Of a stretch of DNA of 64,000 bases, positions 9,662-20,335 are shown in pieces. Below the pieces are notes generated by a model. That model did no database searches, was not told the DNA's origin, and was given only the letters and a program-made list of their open reading frames with translations. The stretch's first letter is position 1. Each line of letters starts with the position of its first letter. Position numbers and translations under genes: made by a program. The stretch comes from Chloroflexota bacterium (GTDB lineage Bacteria > Chloroflexota > Dehalococcoidia > UBA2979), in NCBI GenBank assembly GCA_027593235.1, contig JAQCIU010000010.1, positions 35,498-99,497 of the forward strand. Direction: 5' to 3'.

Positions 9662-10444
9662 ATGGATGAGCTGATTGCCGATCTGGTCGCAGAGCAGGAC
9701 TACCTGGACGCCGCGATCCGCGACGCGCCCGAGGCGCGCTGGAATGCTCCGTCGCCCGCCGACGGCTGGCTGATGCGCGACTGCGTCGCCCACCTCGCCG
9801 AACTCGATCGCACTGCCGCCATCATCGCCGAGACCGGCGCCTATCCGGACGGCGATCGACGCCCCGGCGACGGTGTCGTAACAGCCGGACAGCTCGACGC
9901 GCGAAGGCTTTCGATCGCGGAGTTGCTGTCCTTCTGGCGCGAGTCGCGCGCTCGCCTCGCCACAGCGCTGAAGCCGCTCGACGGACGGGACCGGCTGCCG
10001 TGGGCCGGCAACACGATGAGCGTGCGTTCCTTCACCACGGCCCGACTGATGGAAGCGTGGTCGCACGGGTTGGACGCGATCGAGAGCGCGGGAGTGACCC
10101 CGGTCGATAGCGACCGCCTGCGCAACATTGCCCACATTGGCTACGCCACCCGCGACTTCGCCTACCGAAACCGCGGTCTCGAACCGAGCGCCGAGGCCCT
10201 CCGCGTGGAGCTGACGGCACCCTCCGGCGCGATATGGTCCTGGGGACCGGATGACGCGACAGCGCGCGTCACCGGAACCGCCGGCGACTTCTGCCGCGTC
10301 GTCACCCAGCGCATCCACTACACCGATACCGGTCTGGAATACACGCCGGGCGCGGCGGAGGAGTATCTGCAGATCGCGCAGGCCTTCGCCGGACCGACCG
10401 GCGCGGGGCGCCCGCCTTCCGGCACGCCCGAGGGCGCGCGCTAG
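9662..10444 (+). CDS. DinB/MDMPI superfamily metal-binding protein (TIGR03084-like)
   Basis: GWLMRDCVAHLA, ARLMEAWSHGLD, AQAFAGPTG. Confidence 0.85.
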   Translation: MDELIADLVAEQDYLDAAIRDAPEARWNAPSPADGWLMRDCVAHLAELDRTAAIIAETGAYPDGDRRPGDGVVTAGQLDARRLSIAELLSFWRESRARLATALKPLDGRDRLPWAGNTMSVRSFTTARLMEAWSHGLDAIESAGVTPVDSDRLRNIAHIGYATRDFAYRNRGLEPSAEALRVELTAPSGAIWSWGPDDATARVTGTAGDFCRVVTQRIHYTDTGLEYTPGAAEEYLQIAQAFAGPTGAGRPPSGTPEGAR

Positions 10445-11373
10445 ACCGCCTGAACCTCGGCGATCTCGGCGGCGGCGGTGCGGCCCTCGAGGCGGAGCAC
10501 GACCTCGTTGATCGCCAGCACGAGCGCAAAGCCAACGACGGCAAGCAGCGCGGTCACCAGCACCGCGCCGTCCGGTGCGCCGAGGGCGGTGTCGTCCAAC
10601 CCGTTCGGCCACGGCCAGAGCACCCGCGTCGAGCCGATCATCAGCCCGATTAGCGCGGCCATGACCGTGTCGTAGTGATGCTCCAGCGCCCAGTGCAGCA
10701 GTTGAGAGAACAGCGCGAGACCCAGCGTCGCTCCGAGCAGGAATACCGCCAGGAACCCAAACTCGCGGTTGGTCACGGAATCGAGCACGGGGCCGTACAT
10801 CCCCAGCAGCACGAGGATGAGCGATCCGCTGATACCGGGCAGAATCATCGCGCAGATCGCGATCGCGCCTGAGAAGAAGTAGGCCCAGATCGCAACGTCG
10901 GTCGCCTGCGACACGGAGTCCTCGGAGGTCCCGCCGCGGAGTCCCATCGCGACGAAAACCGCCACCCCAACGGCGACCATCACCAGCACGCGAGTCACGT
11001 CGCGGCGCTCGATCAGCCACCAGGCGACCACGATCGAACTGCCGACCAGGCCGAGGAAGAACCCGGCGACCTGAACCGGATGGTCATTCAGTTGGGTTTC
11101 GATGAGATGGGCCAGCGAGATCACCGCGAGACCGATTCCCGCGAGCAGCGGCACCAGGAAGAGCCACTCAACCCGGCGCAGCCATTCGATGCCGGCTGTC
11201 ACGTCGCCACGCGCGAAGCGCCCCAACGCGGAACTGCCGGAGCGAACCGAGGAGACGAGGCGGAGGTAGAACCCGAGCACCAGCGCCACGGTGCCGCCAG
11301 AGACACCCGGTACCACATCGGCGGCTCCCATGAGGAAGCCGCGAGCCACCGTCACGAGCGCGGAAATCATCAT
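10441..11373 (-). CDS. DUF368 membrane protein
   Basis: MGAADVVPGVSGGT and AMILPGISGS repeats. Confidence 0.9.
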   Translation of the reverse strand: MMISALVTVARGFLMGAADVVPGVSGGTVALVLGFYLRLVSSVRSGSSALGRFARGDVTAGIEWLRRVEWLFLVPLLAGIGLAVISLAHLIETQLNDHPVQVAGFFLGLVGSSIVVAWWLIERRDVTRVLVMVAVGVAVFVAMGLRGGTSEDSVSQATDVAIWAYFFSGAIAICAMILPGISGSLILVLLGMYGPVLDSVTNREFGFLAVFLLGATLGLALFSQLLHWALEHHYDTVMAALIGLMIGSTRVLWPWPNGLDDTALGAPDGAVLVTALLAVVGFALVLAINEVVLRLEGRTAAAEIAEVQAV

Positions 11374-11471
11374 CGAGCGAGTCTAGAGCCGCGCCCGGTT
11401 GTGGGCCTCAGCGTCCACCCGACGCCTCGCAGGGCGCGCCGAAGCGTCCAAGCACCGAGCACCGATCGGAG

Positions 11472-12245
11472 CTACTGTCCCCGCATTCGCCCGACGAATC
11501 GCGCCGCCGCGCGCGGGTTTCGCAGCACGCGGAGCACCGAGGGCCCGGGCGCCGGTGGCATCCCCGCCAGCTTCCGGATCCAGTCACCGAACACCTCGGT
11601 CAGTGGTGCGCCGTGCCCCGGAGCGCCGTGGCTCGGGGCACGCGCGGCGATGGACGCGAGCGATCGCTCCTGCATCGCGGTGTCGTCGTTGGCCATCGGC
11701 AGCGGCCGGCTGAGCCGGTCGCCCGAGTTCAGGGTCAGATCGCCGACGAAGATCAGGGCGCGCGCCGGTAACAGGAAACAGAGGGAGCCCGAGGTGTGTC
11801 CCGGCGACGGGATCGCCCAGATACCCGGAGACACCTCGGTGTCGTGCTCCATCGACACCGGTTGGTCGACCGCGGCCGGATGCGGGAGCGGGCCACCGCG
11901 ATGCATTACCCGCTGGAGCCAGCGTGGCGGCTTCTGATCAGCTCGGATGCGGCCGTCGGCGACGTCCCCCGCGCCGGCGACCACGCGCAGGCCCAGGCGC
12001 GCGCGCAGCTCCGAGGCGCCACCCGCGTGATCCCAGTGCCGATGTGTCAGCAGCAACATCGAGGGGGTCACGCCGAGCCGCTCGAGGGCAGCCGCGATCA
12101 CCGGTGCGGCACGCGGCGTGCCGGCGTCCACCAGTGCGTACCCACCCTCGTCCAATGTCAGCAGGTAGCAGTTGGCCCCGGGGATCGAACGCAGGCGCCA
12201 GACGCCATCGATCACAGGCTCGGCCACGGTCGAATCGAAGTCCAT
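11472..12245 (-). CDS. Metallo-beta-lactamase fold hydrolase
   Basis: THRHWDHAGG, PGHTSG, VGD, PGHG. Confidence 0.9.
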   Translation of the reverse strand: MDFDSTVAEPVIDGVWRLRSIPGANCYLLTLDEGGYALVDAGTPRAAPVIAAALERLGVTPSMLLLTHRHWDHAGGASELRARLGLRVVAGAGDVADGRIRADQKPPRWLQRVMHRGGPLPHPAAVDQPVSMEHDTEVSPGIWAIPSPGHTSGSLCFLLPARALIFVGDLTLNSGDRLSRPLPMANDDTAMQERSLASIAARAPSHGAPGHGAPLTEVFGDWIRKLAGMPPAPGPSVLRVLRNPRAAARFVGRMRGQ

Positions 12246-12327
12246 GTACCACCAGTTGACCTGAGCCGCGGAGAAGCCCAGCGTATCTGTTGCACGGATT
12301 ACAGCGAGGACGAAGGGGACGCGCGCG

Positions 12328-13089
12328 ATGCTCCAGGGTTCAGGCCGTCACCGACTTGTCGCGATGATCACGGTCGGACTGCTGGTGGCCGTCCTCGGCG
12401 CCTGTTCAGGTGGCGGGGGATCTGATCCGTTGACGGCCGCTCAGGCCGAGCAAATCGCCACCGACGCGCTCCTCGTCCGCGCCGACCTGCCCGAGGCCGA
12501 CTGGAAGCAGGAGGAATCTCAGGCAGGTTTGGAAGGTCTCATTCCTGGCGGGGGCGGTGGCGCGGGGATCGACATCCTGCCCGAGGCCTGTCAGTCGTTG
12601 GAGGATGCGATCGGGAACCTGCCGGCCGTGCTCGGCGATGCAAACCCGCTGGCGACCAGCAGCCGTACGTTCAGCGCAACCGGCACGCTGCTCAATCTGA
12701 AAGCCGTCAGCACCTCGGTCGTGGTGTTCGCGGACGCCGACGGAGCCGCCGCGGCGGCGGGCGCGCTGGGCGACGCCATCTCCGCGGACAACCTGGAGGG
12801 CTGCATCCAGGCGGCGTTCGTTCCGGCGGGCGACAACGACATCCAGATCATCGAGTTCACGTTGGCGCGGCCGTCGTACGCCCTCGAAGGATCGACCGCG
12901 CTGTCCGCGCAGATCGATGCGATCGCACTGATCTTGCCGATCAACCTGACGCTCGACCTGCACGCGTTCCAGCGCGACAGCGTGCTGGCGCTCTACGTCG
13001 CCGTGCAGATCAACACGAGCGACCTCACGGACGAACACGCCGCCCTGCTCGTCGCCTTCGCCAATCGGGTTGGCGAGGCGCAGCAGTAG
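12328..13089 (+). CDS. Lipoprotein of unknown function
   Basis: Lipobox LGAC; similar to 13143. Confidence 0.75.
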   Translation: MLQGSGRHRLVAMITVGLLVAVLGACSGGGGSDPLTAAQAEQIATDALLVRADLPEADWKQEESQAGLEGLIPGGGGGAGIDILPEACQSLEDAIGNLPAVLGDANPLATSSRTFSATGTLLNLKAVSTSVVVFADADGAAAAAGALGDAISADNLEGCIQAAFVPAGDNDIQIIEFTLARPSYALEGSTALSAQIDAIALILPINLTLDLHAFQRDSVLALYVAVQINTSDLTDEHAALLVAFANRVGEAQQ

Positions 13090-13142
13090 CGACACTCACC
13101 GCCGGTTGACGCGCCGTTCGGGCAGTCGCAGGCTGTCAGGCA

Positions 13143-13928
13143 ATGGTGAGTTCCGGCGTCCGGCCGTCCGCAGTGACCATGTTCGGCCTGGTCCTCGTTG
13201 TTGCGCTCCTCGGCGCCTGCAGCGACGCCCCCGACCGCGGACCGAACGATGCGCAGGCGCTTGCCCTCGCCGCGTCGCTCACGCGCGAGGACGTGCCGCG
13301 CGATGGCTGGCGCGCGACCGAACAGGCATTCGAGGATTTGCACCCGACCCCGGATCCTGATGCCACGCCGTTCGCGCTGCCGCCCGGCTTCGAGGCGTGC
13401 GACCTCATTCAGGAGGCTCTCGACCACCCCCCGACTCCGCCGCAGGCGATCGAAGCCGCGGCAGGCCGGTCATTCTTCGAGGGGGCGCCAAGCGGGACGA
13501 CGGCCTTCGTCATGACATCAACCCTCGTCTTTTCCACCGCCGAGCAGGCGGAGGGCTATGTCGAGGAAACTTGGGGTCCCGCTCAGGCTTCGGCATCCGA
13601 TGGACTCGACGGAGAGTGCATGCGAGCGTTCGCGGCTGCGGCGACCGATGTCCACGACGGCAGCGCGATGATCGTCCGCCGCAAGCGCGATCCGGGTTTT
13701 ACACTTCGCGGACTCGAGATCTCGCAGTTCAAGATGACGGTGAGTTCATCAGCTGGCATCGAGGCCAGTGTGAGCACCAGTGCAGTGTTCACGCGCGGTC
13801 ACGTCGTCGCGACCTACAACGCGAACGAATCCGAGGAGGGCGCGATCGACCACGAGGCCGTGCTACGCGCCTTCATCCAGCGCGTCACTGACGCGGAACT
13901 CGCCGATCGCGAAGCGACCGAAGACTAG
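13143..13928 (+). CDS. Lipoprotein of unknown function (probable paralog of 12328)
   Basis: Lipobox LGAC; shared L.R.D.P..W, EAC and F.R..V.A.Y patterns. Confidence 0.7.
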   Translation: MVSSGVRPSAVTMFGLVLVVALLGACSDAPDRGPNDAQALALAASLTREDVPRDGWRATEQAFEDLHPTPDPDATPFALPPGFEACDLIQEALDHPPTPPQAIEAAAGRSFFEGAPSGTTAFVMTSTLVFSTAEQAEGYVEETWGPAQASASDGLDGECMRAFAAAATDVHDGSAMIVRRKRDPGFTLRGLEISQFKMTVSSSAGIEASVSTSAVFTRGHVVATYNANESEEGAIDHEAVLRAFIQRVTDAELADREATED

Positions 13929-14140
13929 AGAAGGCGGCGGATCGGCTTCCGACCGGGACGCGGGTCGTAGCTGGACTTGAACATCTCCAGCTTGTCGCGC
14001 TCGATCAGGTACTTGCCCGCGAACAGTGTCGCCGGCACTCGCCCCTGCTTGATCAGCCGGCGCAGGCTCTGGGGGTGAATCCCCAGTTCCCGGGCAGCCT
14101 CAACCAGGTCTAGATAGTCGTCAAACGGGGAGTCAGACAC
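13925..14140 (-). CDS. Small excisionase/BldC-like HTH DNA-binding protein (HTH_17)
   Basis: YLDLVEAARELGIHPQSLRRLIKQGRVPA...YLI; GTG start. Confidence 0.85.
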   Translation of the reverse strand: MSDSPFDDYLDLVEAARELGIHPQSLRRLIKQGRVPATLFAGKYLIERDKLEMFKSSYDPRPGRKPIRRLL

Positions 14141-14521
14141 AGTGGGGTCCCTCGCATCAGAGTGTCCGTTCGCCTCGCTGCCCGTCGGCGGAGCAGCGTG
14201 TCGGCAGACGGCCGAACACGTCATATTGCTGAACTGCGTAAGCGAGGTTACCCAAAACGACGTGATGATGTAAAGCGCGTACGCATTTCTTGTCCACAGT
14301 CCGTCAACCCAACCAAGAAATCCGCGCCCGATCGGACCGGCTCTCGAACGCGCAGCCGCTCACGCGGATTCGCGAATCCCGATTGTCTCGGGGTCGCGCC
14401 ATGTCACGGCTGAACGAGTGAGGGGAACAATTTGGGAGCTCGCGGCGTCTTCCATGACATAGCGCCGCTGCGGCGATCGGCTCAGATCCGGTTCGAGCAG
14501 TGCGCCCGGAGAACACCAATC

Positions 14522-15040
14522 GTGAAAACGACCGTCCTCACAATGATTGCCGCCGTCTCGTTCGTCGTCGCCGCATGCGGCAGTGACAGCGGCACGACAC
14601 CCCCGACGCCAACACCGGCCAGCGAGGTCCCCACCGATACGACGGTGGCTTCGGGAGCCGCCTCAACGGCCCTCGAGGGGAGCAGCATGGCAATGTGCGT
14701 CGAGAGCTACACCATGAGCACGCTGCCGGCGCGGACCTTCGCCTTCGATGGCACCATCACCGCGATCACGCCGACAGACGACCCGGTGTACGTGAACGTC
14801 ACCTTCGAGGTCAGCGAGTGGTTCACAGGCGACGGCGCCGCCGAAGCAACCGTCGGCATGTTCCCCGCCGGCACCGCGCTCCTCGGCGGGCCGGAGTACG
14901 AGGTCGGCACGCGCCTCCTCGTCACCGGCGAACCGCGCTTCGATGACACCCGGCTCGAAGACCTCGTCGCCTGGTACTGCGGCTTCACCCGCACCTACGA
15001 CGACGCCACCGCCGCCGAGTGGCGCGCCGCGCTCAGCTAG
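14522..15040 (+). CDS. Lipoprotein of unknown function
   Basis: Lipobox VAAC, GGAG RBS; C...AFDGT...CGFTR pattern. Confidence 0.75.
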   Translation: MKTTVLTMIAAVSFVVAACGSDSGTTPPTPTPASEVPTDTTVASGAASTALEGSSMAMCVESYTMSTLPARTFAFDGTITAITPTDDPVYVNVTFEVSEWFTGDGAAEATVGMFPAGTALLGGPEYEVGTRLLVTGEPRFDDTRLEDLVAWYCGFTRTYDDATAAEWRAALS

Positions 15041-15176
15041 CGAAACGCCAGCGCCCGCAGAGACGTCGACGGCTATCCGCTCCCCGGCCTCGGCATTCCG
15101 CAAGCACGGTAAACGTCGTGACGAACCAACGGTGCCGCTCAGACAGGCGCGAAGCGTCGGTGAGCCTCGAAGAGGC

Positions 15177-16406
15177 TTAGATGGTGGGGACGGCGGTGGC
15201 GCGGAGGTGGACGACCGCGGCCGGGAGCTCCTGCGCGATGTAGTCGATGTCCGCGTCCGTGTGTGACGGCGACAGCGTCATCCGCAGCGAACCGATGGCC
15301 AGCTCAAGCGGCACGTTCATCGCCAGCAGTACGTGGCTCGGCTCCCAGGTTGCCGAGGTGCAGGCCGCGCCGGCAGAGCACTCGATGCCACGCCGATCGA
15401 GGGCTTCGACCATCGCTTCGCCCTCAACACCGGGGAAGCACAGGTGCAAGTTGTGCGGCAGGCGCTCAGTCGGGTGTCCGTTCAGCCGGGCGTCCGGACA
15501 GGCCGCCATCACCTGATTGAGCAGTCGATCGCGCAGGCGCGCGGTCTGCTCGTGGAAGTCAGCTCGCTCGGCCTGTGCCAGCCGTAGCGCGGTCGCCATT
15601 CCGACCACCCCTGACACGTTCTCCGTACCGGATCGCCGCTGGCGCTCCTGCCCGCCGCCGGAAGCCTGCTCCAGGAACGGCACGCCTCGGCGGATGTAGA
15701 GGACGCCGGTGCCTTTCGGGCCGCCGAACTTGTGGCCGGACAGCGACAGCAGGTCGACGCCCAGCAGATCGACGTTGAGCGGTAGCGACGACGCTGCCTG
15801 CACGGCGTCCGTGTGGACGGGGATGTGCCGGCCCAGTTCCGAGGCGCGCGCCTTCACCGCGTCCGCGATCGCGGCGATCGGCTGGATCGTGCCGACCTCG
15901 TTGTTGGCATAGCCGATCGAGACGAGGACCGTGTCGTCGCGGACCGCCGCCGCGACCTGTGCCGCGGTCACCCGTCCGTACTCGTCCACCGGAAGCAACT
16001 CCACCTCGAAACCGAACCGTTCGAGGTAGTGCGACGAGTGCAGGACCGCGTGATGCTCCACCTCGGTAGTCAGCACGTGGCGCCCGACGCCCGCGTCCGC
16101 CTGCGCGAACGCCACACCCTTCAGGGCGGCGTTGATGCTCTCGGTACCGCCGGAGGTGAAGACGACCTCCTCGGGCAGACCACCCAGCACCTCGGCGACC
16201 AGCTCACGGGCGCGATCGAGCGCCTCGGCGGCGCGCCGCCCGCCGGCGTGATGAGCGGATGGATTGGCGAAATCCTCGGCGAATAGGGGCAACATCGCCG
16301 CCAGCGCCTCGGGGCGCACGGGTGTGGATGCCGCGTTGTCGAGGTAGATGTGGCGGGGTGGTTCCGAGGCCGCGGTGCCGGGGTCCGGCGCTGGGGATGA
16401 GGTCAT
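15177..16406 (-). CDS. iscS: Cysteine desulfurase (IscS/NifS family)
   Basis: YLDNAAST, TSGGTES, EHHAV, DAVQA, SGHKFGGPKG, SAGAAC. Confidence 0.92.
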   Translation of the reverse strand: MTSSPAPDPGTAASEPPRHIYLDNAASTPVRPEALAAMLPLFAEDFANPSAHHAGGRRAAEALDRARELVAEVLGGLPEEVVFTSGGTESINAALKGVAFAQADAGVGRHVLTTEVEHHAVLHSSHYLERFGFEVELLPVDEYGRVTAAQVAAAVRDDTVLVSIGYANNEVGTIQPIAAIADAVKARASELGRHIPVHTDAVQAASSLPLNVDLLGVDLLSLSGHKFGGPKGTGVLYIRRGVPFLEQASGGGQERQRRSGTENVSGVVGMATALRLAQAERADFHEQTARLRDRLLNQVMAACPDARLNGHPTERLPHNLHLCFPGVEGEAMVEALDRRGIECSAGAACTSATWEPSHVLLAMNVPLELAIGSLRMTLSPSHTDADIDYIAQELPAAVVHLRATAVPTI

Positions 16407-16467
16407 ATCAAAACGCTACCCCTCGGGGGTATCACCGGTCAATGTGAGCAGCCTCACCTGCGGGCGA

Positions 16468-17841
16468 TCATCGTGCGAGCCACTCCGGTGGCGCCGACCC
16501 GATCTCCGAGGGCGCTCGATCCCAACGAGGTGGGCTCGCGGGCAACTCGCCGATTGCCCGTACCGCGTGCATCCGCCCGAACTCCGAGTCGACCTCGTGC
16601 ATGTACCGCTCGAGGTCCACTGCCGCCTCGGGCGCGCCGCCGCTTCCGAGGCCGACGAGCCAGTTCCGTGTCCGCAGTAACGCCAGCCGCGCCAGCCAGC
16701 TCCCGCCCTCCTGCTGTCGCCGCGTGAGCCCTCGGATCGCCGCGAATGCGCCAAGAAAGCCGGTCGCGTGATCGAGGGCCTGCACCGGGAGGTGAGCCGG
16801 CCGCCCGTCCGCGCCCGCCGCTGCGAGCGCGATACCGGTCGTCGATTGGATGATCGAATCGAAGCCACGGCGACCGCCCCAGGGGCCGGTCCATCCGAAC
16901 GCGCAGATCTGCACGATTACGATGCCGGGGCGGATCCGCGCTACCTGCTCCGGCCCGAACCCCAACTTCGCCAGCGATCCGGGCCGAAACGCATCGATCA
17001 GCACGTCCGCACTTCCGAGGAGTCGCGTGAACGTCGATTTCCCCTCGGGCGACCGCAGGTCGATGTTCGTGTTCCGCTTCCCGAACCCCGTCGTCTGTGC
17101 CCCGCTCGCCGTCCACGGCAGATGGTCCGCGCCAACGCGCAGCACGTCCGCCCCGTGCGACGCCAGCGTCATCCCCGCGACCGGCCCCGCCAGCACGCGC
17201 GAACAATCGAGGACCCGCACACCCTCGAGCGGTCGCGCCGCCGAGAGGGATGGCAGCGGCCCGCCCCCGTCGCCGATCCGCTCGAAGTCGAGCACCGGCC
17301 GCTTTGCCGTGGCCTGCGCGTGCGGATGCGCGTCCCATTCGTCCAGGGTGCGGTATGCCGCCGCCACCATCCCCGCCTCGATCAGCGCGGTCTCCAGCTC
17401 GACCGCGTCCCACTGCGCGATCGCCGCCTCGAACGCAGCGCGCTCCTCCGCCACCTCGAGGCATTCGGCAATCCCCGAGGCGTGATGCGGGAAGTTGCAG
17501 TGCAGTTGGATGAAGCGCTCGTCGCGTGTCTGGTACGCCCCCGACAACGTCGCCCAGGCATCCACCGGGGCTCCGTTCACCCGGAGCACCCGCTCCGCCG
17601 AGAACGCTGCGGCCGCATGCGCCCGGTCCACGCCGACCCGCTGTCGCGCTCCGCCCCGCGCCGCCAGCAGGTCGGCCGCCGCCAGGGTCGCTGCTCCGAC
17701 CGACGCCGCCGCCGCCTCGGTGACGGCAAACTTCGAGGCCAGCACGTGCTCAGGTCCGCTGACGTCGAAGCCGTCCGTTGCCGCCGGCTCACCGCCGCTC
17801 AGTGCCCAGAGCGCTTCAACGTGTGCGCGTGTGTCGACCAC
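16468..17841 (-). CDS. CaiB/BaiF family III CoA transferase
   Basis: PLEGVRVLD, VLAGP, GADV, FRPG, RRGFDS. Confidence 0.9.
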   Translation of the reverse strand: MVDTRAHVEALWALSGGEPAATDGFDVSGPEHVLASKFAVTEAAAASVGAATLAAADLLAARGGARQRVGVDRAHAAAAFSAERVLRVNGAPVDAWATLSGAYQTRDERFIQLHCNFPHHASGIAECLEVAEERAAFEAAIAQWDAVELETALIEAGMVAAAYRTLDEWDAHPHAQATAKRPVLDFERIGDGGGPLPSLSAARPLEGVRVLDCSRVLAGPVAGMTLASHGADVLRVGADHLPWTASGAQTTGFGKRNTNIDLRSPEGKSTFTRLLGSADVLIDAFRPGSLAKLGFGPEQVARIRPGIVIVQICAFGWTGPWGGRRGFDSIIQSTTGIALAAAGADGRPAHLPVQALDHATGFLGAFAAIRGLTRRQQEGGSWLARLALLRTRNWLVGLGSGGAPEAAVDLERYMHEVDSEFGRMHAVRAIGELPASPPRWDRAPSEIGSAPPEWLAR

Positions 17842-17932
17842 CGATCACCCCCACCTTCCCGGGAAGTATCGCAGTTCAGTCGCAGCGCATTGCCTCGTGC
17901 GTTACATTCGTCGTCACGAATGGATGGCGCCT

Positions 17933-18868
17933 ATGCACCCCTTCCGATTTGGCCTCAGCGCACGCGGCCTTGAGGGCCCGGCCGAGTGGACCAGCCTCGC
18001 CCGCCGCGTGGAATCGCTCGGCTACGACACGTTGTCGGTCGCCGACCACCTCGTCGACGGCCTGCTCCCGCCGTTCGTCGCGCTTGCGACCGCGGCTGCG
18101 GCGACCGAGCGCATCCGGCTCGGCACGCTGGTGCTCAACAACGATCTGCGCCACCCGGTGATGACCGCGCGGGAAGCCGCTGCGCTGGACGTGCTCAGCG
18201 GCGGCCGGGTCGAACTGGGGCTTGGCGCCGGTCACTCGAAACCGGAGTACGAGGCGATCGGCCTCCCCTTCGACGACGCGTCCACGCGCGTGGAGCGCCT
18301 CGAAGAATCCGCCGCCATCGTCAGCCGCCTGCTCCGAGGCGAGACTGTGAACTTCGAGGGCGCGCACTACCAGGTCCTCGCACACCAGCTCTGGCCGCGA
18401 CCGGCACAGGAGAAGCTGCCGTTGTTGATCGGCGGCAACGGTCCGCGCCTGCTGCGCCTCGCCGCGCGTGAAGCCGACATCGTCGGGTTCACCGGGATGG
18501 GCCGCACCCTCGAGGATGGCCAGCGACACGAGCCGACGGGCTTCGGTCCGACGGCGGTCGATCAGCGCGTCGCGCTCGTCCGATCCGCCGCAGGGGAACG
18601 CTCGGCACGCCTCGAGTTCCAGGCACTCGTGCAGTCAGTCGTCATCACGGACGACCGCCAGGGCGCAGCGGCCGCGATGGTCGGCGAACTCTCGCCGCTC
18701 AGCGGGGCGGACATCCTCGGATCGCCGTTCCTGCTCATCGGAACACCGGACGAGCTCAGCGAGGAGCTGCGCGGGCACCGCGAGCGGTTCGGTATCTCCT
18801 ACTACACGGTCTTCGAGAAAGACCTCGAAGCGTTGGCCCCGGTCGTGCAGGCGCTGACCGGGACGTAG
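17933..18868 (+). CDS. LLM-class (probable F420-dependent) oxidoreductase, TIGR03621-like
   Basis: PFRFG, VADHL, LVLNNDLRHP, SGGRVELGLGAG. Confidence 0.9.
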   Translation: MHPFRFGLSARGLEGPAEWTSLARRVESLGYDTLSVADHLVDGLLPPFVALATAAAATERIRLGTLVLNNDLRHPVMTAREAAALDVLSGGRVELGLGAGHSKPEYEAIGLPFDDASTRVERLEESAAIVSRLLRGETVNFEGAHYQVLAHQLWPRPAQEKLPLLIGGNGPRLLRLAAREADIVGFTGMGRTLEDGQRHEPTGFGPTAVDQRVALVRSAAGERSARLEFQALVQSVVITDDRQGAAAAMVGELSPLSGADILGSPFLLIGTPDELSEELRGHRERFGISYYTVFEKDLEALAPVVQALTGT

Positions 18869-18919
18869 CCCGCGGCAGGTCCTTCGCGTCCCACGCGCCT
18901 CCACCGAGGGCGACCATGG

Positions 18920-20332
18920 CTATTCGCGTGTGTAGTGGTCGACCACCCGGCCGAGCCCCTGAGCGCCGCGCTCGAACGAGGGATACACCGCGAACCCTCG
19001 CTCCGCGACGCGATCGCGGACACTCGCCACCTCGGCGACGTCGCCGGTCATCACACCGTGGGTCGGCATGACGAGAATCACCGGCTGCTTCGTCTTGGCG
19101 CGATACGCGTCGAGCAGATCGAGGATCTCCTCCAGATCGCCGGGCTTCTCGAACCCGCGCGAGCGGAACTCCAGCGCCACGCCGCCGGTGATGATCGGCT
19201 CATCGGCGAGGATTTCGAGGATCTTCTGGAGGTTCTCCGCCTCGCTGCGAATCGTCGACGCCGCGTCAAACGGGTTCCGGTACGAGCCGCCGACGGTCAT
19301 GAAGAACTCGGCGAAGCGGTCGTAGGACCGCTGGCTCAGCTCCGGAACGTTGAACCCGAAGCGCTCGAACTGATCGGTGATCGCGACTGATTGACCGCCG
19401 GTCATCGCGATCAGCGCGATGTCGCGTCCGGTCGGCTGCTCCGTGTGCACGAGCGCGGCGATCGCGTCGATCGCCTCCTCGATGGAGCCAACCGCGATCG
19501 CGCCCGTCTGCTTGAGCATCGCGTCCCAGACGGACTGCGAGGAGGCCAGGGACCCGGTGTGGGAGTTGACCGCGCGGGAGCCGGCGGTGGAACGCCCGCC
19601 CTTCCAGACGATCACCGGCTTCTTCTTCGTCGCCTCACGCAGCGTGTTGAAGAACCGCCGCCCGTCGCGCGTCCCCTCCAGGTACATCGCGATCGCCGGG
19701 GTCTCCGGGTCGTTCACGAGGTATTCGAGGTAGTCCGACTCATTGAGGATCACCGCGTTGCCGAAGGAGATCGTGCGGCGCACCTTCACGCCAACAGACT
19801 GGGCGCCGTTGGTCATCCCGATGCCGTGCGTCCCGCTCTGCGAGATCACCGAGACGTCGCCGCCCTCGCCGTGCTCCAGACCGCCGCCGAACTTCACGCC
19901 CAGCTTGCGGTTGTAGACGCCCATGCAGTTCGGGCCAACCAGCGGCATGCCGGCATCAGTGCACATCTGCACCAGCTTCGCCTGCAACTCGATCCCCTGC
20001 GGCTCCTTCGTCTCGGCGAAGCCGGAGGTGAACATGCTGATCCCACCGACGCCCTTCTCGATCGCGTCGGCGACGACGAACGGCGTGACCTGCCGGGGCA
20101 CCGCGCAGATGACGAGGTCCACGTCGCCCGGAATGTCCTTCAGCGACTTGTAGTTGGTGATCCCCTTCGCTTCGATGCCGGGGATCTCCTTCTCGTCGAG
20201 TTGGACCGAGTAGAGCTGCCCGGTGAAGTGCTCCTGGTTGGAGAGCCACTGGTACTGCGGTCCCTTGTCGCCCACGACGGCAACACTGGATGGGTTGAGT
20301 GCGCGGTGCAGCCGCGCCTGGTCGATCGGCAT
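18920..20332 (-). CDS. ADP-forming acyl-CoA synthetase, alpha (CoA-binding/ligase) subunit
   Basis: GPNCMG, SQSG, SFGN, YLEG, phospho-His motif SHTGSLA. Confidence 0.9.
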   Translation of the reverse strand: MPIDQARLHRALNPSSVAVVGDKGPQYQWLSNQEHFTGQLYSVQLDEKEIPGIEAKGITNYKSLKDIPGDVDLVICAVPRQVTPFVVADAIEKGVGGISMFTSGFAETKEPQGIELQAKLVQMCTDAGMPLVGPNCMGVYNRKLGVKFGGGLEHGEGGDVSVISQSGTHGIGMTNGAQSVGVKVRRTISFGNAVILNESDYLEYLVNDPETPAIAMYLEGTRDGRRFFNTLREATKKKPVIVWKGGRSTAGSRAVNSHTGSLASSQSVWDAMLKQTGAIAVGSIEEAIDAIAALVHTEQPTGRDIALIAMTGGQSVAITDQFERFGFNVPELSQRSYDRFAEFFMTVGGSYRNPFDAASTIRSEAENLQKILEILADEPIITGGVALEFRSRGFEKPGDLEEILDLLDAYRAKTKQPVILVMPTHGVMTGDVAEVASVRDRVAERGFAVYPSFERGAQGLGRVVDHYTRE

Positions 20333-20335
20333 CGC

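Noticed and set aside
14290-14298. DnaA-box-like TTGTCCACA
   Set aside because: It is a single copy with no box cluster or dnaA context.
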